A DNA stretch of 64,000 nt. Origin: Minisyncoccia bacterium (GTDB taxonomy: Bacteria > Patescibacteriota > Minisyncoccia > UBA6257 > 2-01-FULL-56-20). Where the stretch lies: the NCBI GenBank assembly GCA_050008535.1, contig JBEKML010000001.1, forward strand, positions 130,246-194,245, read 5' to 3'. Made by a program: the position numbers and the translations under genes. This document shows, piece by piece, positions 35,247 to 45,002 of this stretch. The notes beneath the pieces are model-generated. The model was not told the origin of the DNA. It made no database searches and was given only the letters and a program-made list of their open reading frames with translations. Position 1 is the first letter of the stretch; every line of letters starts with the position of its first letter.

Positions 35247-37766
35247 TTACTGAACCTGAATATATCTGCCCGAAGAATTGCCGAACCACCTTACTCCTTC
35301 CCAAACCATCTGCCAGGTAAAGGGGAGATAGCCACTCAGACCAGAGGATGCGCTCGGGGCGGTAGCGGTAAAAACGAAAATTGCTGTTCCGCTGGGAGCC
35401 ACTTGATCTACCGGCAATTCCACCCGGCTTCCTAGGCCCCAATTGAGATTGCCGTAACCGGGGCTGATCGATTGGTAGCCCAAGCGATAGGGGTGCGCGT
35501 CATTTTTGACCCAGGTCGTCTGGCCGGTGTTTTTCACGACAACGGTGGCGGTGAATTGTTGCCCCGGAGAAGCAGTGGCGGGGACGGTAACGCTCTGGAT
35601 CAAGGCGTCGTTCGTCGGAGGAACTATACTAATGACGTTGGGGCTAGCGGATTGATAACCGATCCATTGGCGGTCGTTGAAATTCCCGGAAATTTCGTGT
35701 ATTAAAGTGAAGTTGGTCCCATTGTTACTCCCTAAAATCTGGTGAACGCCGCAGGTGTTATCGGAACCGCCCATCATCATTCTTACCTCCATGATGGGTT
35801 GCGAGGAGCCGAGATCAAGAGTGATCCATTGTGTGTAAGCGTGAGGGTTTGGAACGCCCGCCAGCACAACACATTTAGTTGGGGCGCCGTTGCTCCCCGA
35901 ATAAGCCCCATTCCATCCGGTGTAGATATCCCCATCGTAGGCATCTTGGGGTTTGCTCCCGCATCCTTGAGGGGTGCAATTCCACGAAGGAGTCCAGTTG
36001 GCAGAAGGGATCTGCCCGACCGTGCTGCTCACTATCGCAATTTTGCCGCTTGGCCCGTAGACCTCAATTTCCCGCCAATCAATCCATCCCGAATCCTCTG
36101 TGGTGTTTATTTTGATATAGCGGTATGTGCCAAGAGAGGTTGTGGTAGTTGTTGCTGCCGTTGAGGTGGGGGCGGTTGAGCTAGTGTTGCCGCTTACGTT
36201 GTTTTGTACGCCAGCCACGTTCTGTGAAATTCTGCTTATGGCCGGCGAAAAGAGGTCGGCGAGGTCGGATGCGGAAATGCCGTTCTGCTGCAATAGGGTC
36301 ATCTGGCTCTGTATCTCCTGTAATTGCTGCGCGGATTCTTGAAGGATCGCATCCGATGAACCCTGAATTGCGGCGAGCGTGCTGGATGATCCATATAGCG
36401 GGACGGTTCCTCCGGCTTGGGCTTGGGTTAGGGTTTGGGGCTGTGCGTTGGCGGCCGTAGTGGCGGAATTTTGTATATTGGCCAGGCTTTGCGAGATCTG
36501 GTTTATAGTCGGCGAAAAGAGGGCGGAGAGGTCGGCCCCGGAAATGCCGTTCTGCTGCAATAGGGTCATCTGGCTCTGTATCTCCTGTAATTGCTGCGCG
36601 GATTGTTGAAGGACCTGGCTCCACGAGGATGAGGATTGGGTGGTGGCAAGGGATGGCCCGGATGTTGCAGATGAGAGGTTGGATTGGTATTGATCCTTCG
36701 CAACAAATTTGTGGTAGTAAATCATATACTCATCCGAGGTCATTGGACCAATACCTGTCACGTTCGTCCACGTTCCTCCGGCATATGTCTGCGCCAGCGC
36801 CCCATATTGATTACCAAATGCGGTCCTCGCGGCACAAAGCCTGGTAATTTGATCCAGTGACATATCGGCCGTAATGTTTGTCCGTACGTCAATGCCGGTT
36901 GCCGCCAGGTATGCCGCGACGTCTTGCGCCAATTGAGCGCCGGTAGGGGGAGCGCCGGGGCCCACATACAACCACACTCCCGTCTGAGGATCCCTCGCCC
37001 AATTACTCATAGTGACATCTTCTAGAGACAGGCCGTCCTGTATTACGAGGTCTTTTGCATAAGTGTTGAGGGCGCTCCAGACCGTATCGTTGATTGGCAC
37101 CACTGAAATTGTTGAGGTGGCCACAGTGGCCGCAGGAGGAACGCTTTGCACCAAATGCAACACGTTGGTTTGGTACGTTGCCTCGGTCGGTACGAGTGCG
37201 TAGTATGGCGAATCGAACGGTGTCGGTGATTGGCCGGCAGCTAGTGCGTAGAATCGATAATCTGGGGTAAAACACTGCGTCCCGAACATAAGGTTGGATG
37301 GTTGGTACGGGGTAACGCATGCCACTGTTGTGTTGGTTATATTGGCTGCGTTGGCCGATGCCGGAGAATTAGCCGAGTTCGGGGTGGACGTCACTGTAAA
37401 GCTAATCTGGCTCGATGCACTACTATTGGAAAGGTTAACGGACTCAACCCAAGAGCCGATGTCCGCGGACCGAAACGAGCCGGTAAGGGTCCAATTCCCG
37501 TTCGCATCTGTCGTCCCAAAGTTGGCAGTACAACTTGGATATTGGGTATTGTTTTGATTGGCGCAGAAGGTGAAAGAGGTGCGGCTCGGACCCGAAACCC
37601 GCAGGTTCCAAGCGTCGCCGACGGAGAACGCGGCCGTTGTCGCATAGTTGATGGTGAGGCTCACGTTGGTCGCGGCATTAGCGACCATCACGCCGCACAA
37701 TCCCACAAGCGCGGCGATTACGACCGCAGCGACCAGCCCCGAACCAAACAAGGGGTGTTTTTTCAT
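35247..37766 (-). CDS. large secreted mosaic protein with discoidin (F5/8C)-like and NBR1-type Ig domains (paralogue B)
   Basis: Signal peptide; AYDGD..TGW, WITLDLG, EIEVYG; VKNTGQTTW...TWQMV..G..WFG; start reset to ATG after TATAAT. Confidence 0.85.
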   Translation of the reverse strand: MKKHPLFGSGLVAAVVIAALVGLCGVMVANAATNVSLTINYATTAAFSVGDAWNLRVSGPSRTSFTFCANQNNTQYPSCTANFGTTDANGNWTLTGSFRSADIGSWVESVNLSNSSASSQISFTVTSTPNSANSPASANAANITNTTVACVTPYQPSNLMFGTQCFTPDYRFYALAAGQSPTPFDSPYYALVPTEATYQTNVLHLVQSVPPAATVATSTISVVPINDTVWSALNTYAKDLVIQDGLSLEDVTMSNWARDPQTGVWLYVGPGAPPTGAQLAQDVAAYLAATGIDVRTNITADMSLDQITRLCAARTAFGNQYGALAQTYAGGTWTNVTGIGPMTSDEYMIYYHKFVAKDQYQSNLSSATSGPSLATTQSSSSWSQVLQQSAQQLQEIQSQMTLLQQNGISGADLSALFSPTINQISQSLANIQNSATTAANAQPQTLTQAQAGGTVPLYGSSSTLAAIQGSSDAILQESAQQLQEIQSQMTLLQQNGISASDLADLFSPAISRISQNVAGVQNNVSGNTSSTAPTSTAATTTTTSLGTYRYIKINTTEDSGWIDWREIEVYGPSGKIAIVSSTVGQIPSANWTPSWNCTPQGCGSKPQDAYDGDIYTGWNGAYSGSNGAPTKCVVLAGVPNPHAYTQWITLDLGSSQPIMEVRMMMGGSDNTCGVHQILGSNNGTNFTLIHEISGNFNDRQWIGYQSASPNVISIVPPTNDALIQSVTVPATASPGQQFTATVVVKNTGQTTWVKNDAHPYRLGYQSISPGYGNLNWGLGSRVELPVDQVAPSGTAIFVFTATAPSASSGLSGYLPFTWQMVWEGVRWFGNSSGRYIQVQ
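36211..36649. repeat. second copy of the ~440-bp block (internal offset 267)
   Basis: Direct alignment with 33780-34221. Confidence 0.92.
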
Positions 37767-37818
37767 AACTTTATTATACACCACACAATATACCCGATTA
37801 AGTTAAGCGTGGGGGCTG

Positions 37819-38538
37819 TTAAATTGCCGCAACTTCTCCCTTTTTAAAATGCTTGTTGATGACAACTTGTTGGAGTATTGAGAAAAGCGACGTAACGAGC
37901 CAGTAGAGGCCCACGGCGGCGGGCAAGTTGTAGAAAATAAAGATGGTGATAATGGGGCCTATAAAGGTCATCTGCCGCGCCATTTTTTCAGTAGAGGAGA
38001 GTGGGGCGGTACGATCGGGGTTTTGATAAATAGCAAGGCGTGCCTGAAAATATTGGGCGACCGCTGCGAGGAGAATGAGGATAATGCTTGGTTTTGCAAG
38101 GTTAATAAGGCCGAGGAAAAGCGGATTTATGGTTTGTGGTTGTGGGATAAAGGAATAAAGTCCCTGGAGCTCGCCGGGGGTGAGGCCGGAACGCACTACC
38201 CAATAGAGCGCGATCATAATCGGTAGTTGGACAATAATAAGAAAGATGCTTGAGAATGGATTTACGCCGTGCTCTTTGTAAAGTTCCATCAGCGCCTGTG
38301 CTTGTTTTTCTTTGTCGTTTTTATGTGTTTCTTGGATCTTTTTGATCTTTGGCTGGATGCGCTGCATCGCCATTTGTTGTTTGGTGCTTTTATGGAAAAG
38401 CGGATAGAGGATAAGTCGGATAAGAATGGTGACAAGAATAACCGCGATCCCGAAGTCCCGGAACGCGATCGTCCCATAAAAATAAACAAGGATGTTTAAA
38501 ATGGGTTGGTAGAAAATAACTTGGTAGAGGTAGGTCAT
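37819..38538 (-). CDS. yidC: membrane protein insertase YidC (short, monoderm type)
   Basis: IRLILYPL, QPKIKKIQ, VNPFSS, QLPIMIALY, LPAAVGLYW. Confidence 0.95.
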   Translation of the reverse strand: MTYLYQVIFYQPILNILVYFYGTIAFRDFGIAVILVTILIRLILYPLFHKSTKQQMAMQRIQPKIKKIQETHKNDKEKQAQALMELYKEHGVNPFSSIFLIIVQLPIMIALYWVVRSGLTPGELQGLYSFIPQPQTINPLFLGLINLAKPSIILILLAAVAQYFQARLAIYQNPDRTAPLSSTEKMARQMTFIGPIITIFIFYNLPAAVGLYWLVTSLFSILQQVVINKHFKKGEVAAI

Positions 38539-38867
38539 TTTTTTATATCTTTACTTTTCCCGATTGTTTCCAAAAGCAACGTTCTAAATTGTTTTTTTTT
38601 AAGCGAACTTGTTTTGGAAGACACCACAAGAAGAAAATCTTTTCCCGCCCCTGCGTCATGGACGGTCTGAAATACTGCTCTTGCTTGTCGTTTCAAAAAA
38701 TTTCTTTTCACTGCGTTTTTATTGGCAGCCGTTCCCACAACAATCCCTATTCTATTTCTCGCCTTGTGGTTTTCTTTTGTCTTTAATAAAAAATAGGGCG
38801 TCGCCACCGTCTGCCGCCAACCCGAACGGAATTCCTGACTTGGCAGCCGCGACGGTTTTAAAAGCAT
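38535..38867 (-). CDS. rnpA: RNase P protein component
   Basis: RIGIVV...AVKRNFLKRQAR; position between rpmH and yidC; start reset. Confidence 0.88.
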   Translation of the reverse strand: MLLKPSRLPSQEFRSGWRQTVATPYFLLKTKENHKARNRIGIVVGTAANKNAVKRNFLKRQARAVFQTVHDAGAGKDFLLVVSSKTSSLKKKQFRTLLLETIGKSKDIKK

Positions 38868-38893
38868 CACAAAAGAGTGTATTTCTCCCCGCT

Positions 38894-39028
38894 TCAGACG
38901 ACCAACCGGCGCCTTTTTTTTGTTCTTCGGCGCGCGAGCACTCGGCGGCCACCGGGCGAACGTTGCCTTTTTAGAAATCCATGCGTCCGTTTGCGTTTTT
39001 TCTTTTTGGGATTGTAGGTAAACGACAT
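38894..39028 (-). CDS. rpmH: 50S ribosomal protein L34 (absent from ORF track, 44 aa)
   Basis: Manual translation [44 protein letters not shown]. Confidence 0.97.
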   Translation of the reverse strand: MSFTYNPKKKKRKRTHGFLKRQRSPGGRRVLARRRTKKRRRLVV

Positions 39029-39175
39029 CTTGAGGATTGTAGCACACGAATTTGGAGTGTGCTAGTTTTTTATGTGTTGTTTATTAAGTGGTTATACACA
39101 TACCATCCACAAATCATTTGATTTGACTCTTTGACGCGCCAGGCGTAAGAGTTAATAATAAACAGAACAACAATC
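39029..39175. promoter_or_regulatory. rpmH-dnaA intergenic region with DnaA boxes (oriC part 1)
   Basis: TTATACACA at 39092-39100 and CCATCCACA at 39103-39111. Confidence 0.7.
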
Positions 39176-40528
39176 ATGGATCTCGAAAAGCTTTGGCAAT
39201 CAACATTGGGGGAGATGGAGATCCAGCTCACAAAGGCTAATTTCTCGATGTGGCTGAAGGATAGCCGGCTTGTGGACAGAAAGGATGGCACGTTTTACGT
39301 TGCCTTGCCGAGTAATTTTGCGAAAACATGGATCGAAGATAAGTACTACAAGAATATTCTGGGAATTTTGCGGAATGCGGATAGTTCGGTTAAAAAAATC
39401 GAGTTTGTAATCAACCCCCAGGACGCGGTGCCCCAAAAGAATATTGCGGGAATAAAAGACTTTGGAAAAATTGATTCGGCGGAGCTTGAGTTCAGCGGCG
39501 TGGATCCAATAACCAATCTCAATCCGCACTACACCCTCTCCTCGTTTGTGGTGGGTTCCTCAAATGAGCTTGCCTTCGCGGCCGCAAAGGCAATCACCGA
39601 AGAAATCGGGAAGTACAACCCCTTCTTTGTGTATGGCGGCGTTGGATTGGGAAAGACACACCTTATACAGGCGGTGGGAAATGAGATTTTTTCAAAATAC
39701 CAAAAAAAAGTAAGGCCCAAATATGTTCCCTCGGAACAATTTACCCGCGAGGTGGTTTGGGGGCTGCGGAATGACCGCATAGAAAGTGTAAAAAAGAAAT
39801 ATCGGGATGTAGATGTGTTGATAATCGACGACATTCAATTCATTGGTGGAAAAGAAAAAACCGAGGAAGAGTTTTTCCACACTTTTAATGCGCTGTATGA
39901 AAATAACAAACAGATCATTATTTCCTCCGACCGACCACCACAATCACTTCCTACACTTGAAGAACGCCTGCGGTCGCGCTTTGAGGGTGGTTTTGTGGCT
40001 GATATCGGCTACCCGGAGTACGAGATGCGGGTAGCCATCATCCGCAACAAGCTTTCTTTGGCCCGGCGCGAGCTGAGCGAGGAGATAATTGACCTTCTTG
40101 CGCGGCGGCTCAGAAAGAACATCCGTGAGCTTGAGGGGGTGCTCAAAAAACTCCTTTTCCTACAGGAACAAAAACAAACCGAGCTTACTAAGGCGGCAGT
40201 GGAGGAGCTCATAGAGAAATCAACTAAAAATCTATCAAAGCGGGTGAATGATGCCCAGATATTGAAAGCGGTCGCTGAATTCTTTGGCGTTTCAATTGAG
40301 GACATCATAAGCCACAACAGGAGGAAGGAGGTTGTTGAGCCGCGCCAGATCGCAATGTACTTACTTCGGGAAATCTCCGAGCTTTCTTACCCATATATTG
40401 GGGAGAAGATGGGGAGGGACCACACCACCGCCATCCACTCATACGAGAAGATCAACCAGGAAATCAACAGAAGTCCCGCGTTTAACCAAAAGATATTAAC
40501 AATAAAAGATATCATTTATAAAAGCTAG
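39176..40528 (+). CDS. dnaA: chromosomal replication initiator DnaA
   Basis: YNPFFVYGGVGLGKTHL, IIDDIQF, RLRSRFEGG, RDHTTAIH. Confidence 0.98.
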   Translation: MDLEKLWQSTLGEMEIQLTKANFSMWLKDSRLVDRKDGTFYVALPSNFAKTWIEDKYYKNILGILRNADSSVKKIEFVINPQDAVPQKNIAGIKDFGKIDSAELEFSGVDPITNLNPHYTLSSFVVGSSNELAFAAAKAITEEIGKYNPFFVYGGVGLGKTHLIQAVGNEIFSKYQKKVRPKYVPSEQFTREVVWGLRNDRIESVKKKYRDVDVLIIDDIQFIGGKEKTEEEFFHTFNALYENNKQIIISSDRPPQSLPTLEERLRSRFEGGFVADIGYPEYEMRVAIIRNKLSLARRELSEEIIDLLARRLRKNIRELEGVLKKLLFLQEQKQTELTKAAVEELIEKSTKNLSKRVNDAQILKAVAEFFGVSIEDIISHNRRKEVVEPRQIAMYLLREISELSYPYIGEKMGRDHTTAIHSYEKINQEINRSPAFNQKILTIKDIIYKS

Positions 40529-40612
40529 ATAAGGAAAAAACAACCATATCCACAAATTAAATCTTTATTAATAACAACAATAAGATTTTAATAAACTATT
40601 AATACTACTCTT
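40529..40612. other. probable oriC unwinding element
   Basis: DnaA-box-like ATATCCACA at 40546-40554 followed by a very AT-rich tract with trinucleotide repeats (AAT AAC AAC AAT; CTATTAATACTACT). Confidence 0.72.
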
Positions 40613-41725
40613 ATGAAATTTGTTGCGATCCGATCAAACATCAAAGAAGCTGTTTCAATCACCGAGCGGGTGATTGGGGAAAACCTCAACCTCCCCATTC
40701 TTAAAAATGTTCTTATTGAAACCGGGAATGAGGGAATTACTTTTACCACCACAAATCTTGAGCTCGCAATCACTTGTTTTGTTTCAGGAAAGGTGATTGA
40801 GGGTGGGAAAGTGACCGTCCCACTCCCGCTTTTTTCAAACCTTATCACCAACCTTCAAACCGACCGGTTAAATTTCAGCAAAAAAAACAACACCCTTGAG
40901 GTCAAAACGGATAATTATACGGCGATCCTCCAGGGGCTTCCCGCGGAGGATTTCCCCATAACCCCCAAAATAAAAAACCCAAACGAAAACCTGACCATAA
41001 AAAGCGCTCTTCTCAAAGAAGGGATCCAACAAACCATTGTAGCGTCGCAATTTTCCGACCTCCGTCCCGAGCTGAACGTCATCCTTTTTGATTTTTCCCT
41101 TGATACTCTCCGGCTGGTCGCAACGGACGGCTTCCGTCTTGCGGAGAAATCCATCCCGCAAAACTTTTTCACCTCAAATTATAAAGAACCATTCAAGGTT
41201 TTAATTCCTTTAAAAACCGCCCAAGAGGTCCTTCGGATGTCGAAAGACGAGGAGATGGTAAAGATCTTCCGCGACGAAAACCAAATTCTATTTAAAACCG
41301 AGCGTGCAGAACTTATTTCCCGCCTCACCGAAGGAAACTTCCCCGATTATTCACCGATCATTCCTAAAAAATTTACTACGGAAGTGATAGCGAACAAGGA
41401 AGAGTTTTCAAATGCAGTAAGGCTGGCCGGGATTTTTGGGCAGAAAAACAGCGAAGCAAAAATTATAGTGCGCCAAGATAAAAAAACAATGGAAGTAAGT
41501 TCGGCGGACCAGGTGCTTGGCGAGAACTCATACCTCCTACCCGCGAAGATCAAAGGGGAACCCATAGAGGCGTTCTTCAACTGGCGGTATCTCACCGACC
41601 CACTAAAAGCGATAAAAACAGAAGAGATATTCGTTGGCTTCCAGGAGGAGAACAACCCGGCGCTCCTCCGGCCCATGGGAGATAATTCGTACTTCTACAT
41701 TTTAAAACCCATCCTCAAGTCCTAG
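40613..41725 (+). CDS. dnaN: DNA polymerase III beta clamp
   Basis: LPILKNVLI, TNLEL, VATDGFRL, EGNFPDY; follows dnaA. Confidence 0.97.
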   Translation: MKFVAIRSNIKEAVSITERVIGENLNLPILKNVLIETGNEGITFTTTNLELAITCFVSGKVIEGGKVTVPLPLFSNLITNLQTDRLNFSKKNNTLEVKTDNYTAILQGLPAEDFPITPKIKNPNENLTIKSALLKEGIQQTIVASQFSDLRPELNVILFDFSLDTLRLVATDGFRLAEKSIPQNFFTSNYKEPFKVLIPLKTAQEVLRMSKDEEMVKIFRDENQILFKTERAELISRLTEGNFPDYSPIIPKKFTTEVIANKEEFSNAVRLAGIFGQKNSEAKIIVRQDKKTMEVSSADQVLGENSYLLPAKIKGEPIEAFFNWRYLTDPLKAIKTEEIFVGFQEENNPALLRPMGDNSYFYILKPILKS

Positions 41726-44184
41726 TGATAGACAACAACACTGCTTACCCCTGCGTTTCCTGATGCGCCGGAGGCTTGTATTTCAAGAAGGTTTTGTCCA
41801 TTGATCGACCGCGGGGAGAACGACCAGGAAAAAACATAATTCGTTCCAAAAGACCCGGAGAAATCCTGCGCTACAATACCATTCCAACGCACGGTTATTT
41901 TGGTCATCGGCTCTATAGCGGTTAACTTCGCGGATATATTCACGACGCCCGTTATAAAATAACCCGGCGAAGGATTGTTGATGGTGATCTGTGGGGGATT
42001 ATAAGAAAGAGGCATCTGCGGCGCAGACACGGAGACGGGCTGGTTGTAGTCTTTAAAATTCGCCATATTCTCCGAAGCCCAGGCCAAAAGATCGGTTTCC
42101 CAATTGTGAAATTGCGAATCGGCATCGGGGTTTGTGGGCGGCGGGCCGTCCGGATTATTTTTATCCACATAATAGAGGATGGTATGGAGCTGGTTGTTGT
42201 AAAGATAGTTGCCGGCGAGGATCGGCTTCGTCGGGTTTGTGGGATCCGGTCGCGCGAATGTTCCGGTCGGTTGGTTTGTAAGCGCCTGTTGCATGAACGC
42301 ATGCCAGGTCGGGATCGCCGCAAGGATGCTTGAGCCGTTTCGCTGCATGGCGGTGTCGTCATTATTTCCCGCCCAGACGCCAACCACAAAAGAGGGCGTG
42401 TAACCAATCGCCCATGCGTCTTTATAGTCATTTGAAGTTCCTGTTTTAAGCGCCACATCGTACCCCGGGAAAACGGTAAGGTTTAAGCTGTTCTGGAAAA
42501 GCCCACTCCGGGCATTCGTATCTGAGAGAATGTTATTAACAAGACGGACGGACTGCGGGTCGGCGACTTGCACTGATTGGTCGGTATAGGATTCAAGGGT
42601 GTTGCCGTTAGAATCTTTCACTTGAAGGATTATGGCCTGGCTATGTTTTACTCCATCCTGAGAAAGCGTCGAATACGCCTCCACGAGGTCGGCAAGCCGC
42701 ACGGCGCCGCCGCCGAGGACGAGCGAGAGGCCGTAGGTATCGGGGCTTGTGAGCGTGGTAAGCCCGAAATTATAAGCATTCTCGACGGCGTTTTTAATGC
42801 CGACAAGATAAAGCGTTTCCACGGCGGGGACGTTGACTGATTGCGCAAGCGCGTTTCGCATCGACATCGGCCCCTGAAACCCCTCTTCAAAATCCTGGGG
42901 GTGGAAGCATTGCTGGTTATTGTTATTGAAATCGGGGATGGCCGGACAGGATGGATACGTACTGAACTCCGTAGGGACGTCAAAGAGCGTCGTGTCGGGC
43001 GTATATCCTTTTTGGAACGCGGTGAGGTATACAAATGGTTTAAGCGCCGATCCCGGTTGCCGGAGCCCTTGGGTGGCGACGTTGAAGTTCGGTTCGAATT
43101 TACAATTTAATCCGGGCGTACAGCCGACGGGAAGCGACGAGGTTGCGAAATAATCCCGCGAACCCACCATGGCGAGCACCTGCCCGGTTTTGGGATCCTG
43201 CGCCACAAGTGCCGCGTTATAACCCTGATAAAGTTTCTGGTTTTGTGCAGCACCTTGTTCCACCGCCGCCTCCGCTTCTTGCTGCAGGTTCCAATCGAGC
43301 GTTGTGATCACCCTAAGGCCGCCGCGGTTGGCCAGGTTTTCGCCGTATTTTTGAACAAGATAATCTTGCACCGCCATCACGAAATGCGGCGCTTTGATGG
43401 TGCCCGTCGACTGCGGCTGGAATATTATTTTATATGCCAACGCCTCATTCAGTTGATTTTTTGTGATCTTCCCCAGCGCATACATCTTTTGGAGCACGAG
43501 CCTTTGCCGTTTAAGAAGATCGTTCACGTGGCCGCCCCAGGGAGAATAGTAGGTTGGTGCCTGGGGAACTGCGGCAAGGAGCGCACTTTGTGCAAGGTTG
43601 AGGCTCTGGACGGGTTTATCAAAATACGCCTCGCTTGCCTCCTCAACGCCCGCGATCGTTGATCCATAAGAAACCTCATTAAGATAAAGACCGAGTATTT
43701 CGTTCTTGGAATAATATTCATTGAGCCTGATCGCAAGGATAAGCTCTTTTATCTTTCGCGAGACGGTTTGGTTGAGCGTGAGGAATGCGGTCCGCGCGAG
43801 TTGCTGGGTGATGGTGGACCCGCCCTGCGCGAGCGATCCGGAGGTGACGTCCACATAAAGCGCCCGCAGGATCCCTTTCCAGTCGAACGCCGGTTCGTTA
43901 TAAAAATTTTCATCTTCAATCGAAACCGTTGCATCTTTCAGGGCTTGCGGGATTTGATCAAAGGGGACCACTGTCCTCCGCTCGCCGGAACTGATCTCAT
44001 AAAGAAGGACGGTCCCCGTGCGGTCATAGATCTTTGTGGACTGGCTGATTTGTTGGTTCGATATTTCCTCGATGGAAGGGAGTGTTTTTATGAAAAAGAG
44101 GATGATAAGGAAAAAGACGATAAATCCCGCCGCCACCGCGATGCCAAAAATCTGGAACGATCGCACTATGCTTCTTTTTCGCAT
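41722..44184 (-). CDS. class A penicillin-binding protein (transglycosylase-transpeptidase)
   Basis: EDENFY, GGSTITQQL, RKIKE; SALK, SVN, KTG motifs; C-terminal Ig-like domain. Confidence 0.95.
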   Translation of the reverse strand: MRKRSIVRSFQIFGIAVAAGFIVFFLIILFFIKTLPSIEEISNQQISQSTKIYDRTGTVLLYEISSGERRTVVPFDQIPQALKDATVSIEDENFYNEPAFDWKGILRALYVDVTSGSLAQGGSTITQQLARTAFLTLNQTVSRKIKELILAIRLNEYYSKNEILGLYLNEVSYGSTIAGVEEASEAYFDKPVQSLNLAQSALLAAVPQAPTYYSPWGGHVNDLLKRQRLVLQKMYALGKITKNQLNEALAYKIIFQPQSTGTIKAPHFVMAVQDYLVQKYGENLANRGGLRVITTLDWNLQQEAEAAVEQGAAQNQKLYQGYNAALVAQDPKTGQVLAMVGSRDYFATSSLPVGCTPGLNCKFEPNFNVATQGLRQPGSALKPFVYLTAFQKGYTPDTTLFDVPTEFSTYPSCPAIPDFNNNNQQCFHPQDFEEGFQGPMSMRNALAQSVNVPAVETLYLVGIKNAVENAYNFGLTTLTSPDTYGLSLVLGGGAVRLADLVEAYSTLSQDGVKHSQAIILQVKDSNGNTLESYTDQSVQVADPQSVRLVNNILSDTNARSGLFQNSLNLTVFPGYDVALKTGTSNDYKDAWAIGYTPSFVVGVWAGNNDDTAMQRNGSSILAAIPTWHAFMQQALTNQPTGTFARPDPTNPTKPILAGNYLYNNQLHTILYYVDKNNPDGPPPTNPDADSQFHNWETDLLAWASENMANFKDYNQPVSVSAPQMPLSYNPPQITINNPSPGYFITGVVNISAKLTAIEPMTKITVRWNGIVAQDFSGSFGTNYVFSWSFSPRSINGQNLLEIQASGASGNAGVSSVVVYH

Positions 44185-44202
44185 GTTCCCTTATTATCAA
44201 AT

Positions 44203-44256
44203 AAAAACAGCCCTCTCCGCAACGGCGTGCACCAGCGCACGGCGGGGGCTGTTTTT
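44203..44256 (-). terminator. hairpin after small acidic ORF
   Basis: AAAAACAGCCC...GGGCTGTTTTT arms with inner GTGC/GCAC stem. Confidence 0.5.
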
Positions 44257-44260
44257 CCCA

Positions 44261-44443
44261 CTATTCGGCGCCGAGATCCTCGCCGTCCTCGTCGGCCGCC
44301 TCTTCTTTTTCTTTCGTCACCCCGTCTACGTCGTCCTCTTCGTCATCCTCAAGGTCCTTTTCATCCCCAACACCCAATCCTTTGTCGTCTTCGTCGCTTA
44401 ACGGCACGAACGCGAGGTTTAAAATTTTTAGCTCACTTACCAT
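44261..44443 (-). CDS. small highly acidic protein (60 aa)
   Basis: Fills the ruvC-PBP gap, co-oriented, followed by a terminator-like hairpin. Confidence 0.6.
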   Translation of the reverse strand: MVSELKILNLAFVPLSDEDDKGLGVGDEKDLEDDEEDDVDGVTKEKEEAADEDGEDLGAE

Positions 44444-44510
44444 TGATGCCGAGATAATTCACGACCTTTCTTTTTTATTTCCAATTAGTATAGGGGAGCA
44501 CGTCACCGTG

Positions 44511-45002
44511 TCAATCCCCAGAAATCCTCTGGCCGCCCAGCGCCATAATAGCAAGCGCCAAAGCATCACTTGCGTCGTCAATTACGGTAAGGTCGTGCTT
44601 CCCAAGAATGAGGCGGACCATCTTGAGGACCGCTTTTTTGTCCGCAAAACCATAACCCGTTACGCCGAGCTTCACCTCGTTCGGCGCATATTCCCTTATG
44701 GGGATGCCTGCTTCCTGCGCCGCAAGCAGGATCACGCCGCGCGCCTGCGCCACGGCAATGGCCGTCTTTTGATTTTTGGCAAAATAAAGCTTTTCAACTC
44801 CGAGGATCTCCGGTTTGTATTTTTTAACAAGCTTGCCTATTTCCTCTTTTGTCTCGCAGAGCGCCGAGGCGTCGTCCACGCTTTTTATTTTGAGGATCCC
44901 TGCGGTTACAAAAACAAGGCCGCCCTTTTCATCGCGGACGACGCCGTAACCGATCCGCCGTGTCCCCGGATCGATGCCCAGGGCGGTCACGCTATTCCGC
45001 AT
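44511..45002 (-). CDS. ruvC: Holliday junction resolvase RuvC
   Basis: LGIDPG, VEKLYF, QARGV, VTGYGFADK, DDASDALA. Confidence 0.96.
   Translation of the reverse strand: MRNSVTALGIDPGTRRIGYGVVRDEKGGLVFVTAGILKIKSVDDASALCETKEEIGKLVKKYKPEILGVEKLYFAKNQKTAIAVAQARGVILLAAQEAGIPIREYAPNEVKLGVTGYGFADKKAVLKMVRLILGKHDLTVIDDASDALALAIMALGGQRISGD

Noticed and set aside
33780-36649. Diversity-generating retroelement TR/VR pair
   Set aside because: No reverse transcriptase in the window; both copies are mid-gene coding and the differences inspected are mostly synonymous.
38868-39047. Long N-terminal extension of RnpA
   Set aside because: Region encodes rpmH in another frame.
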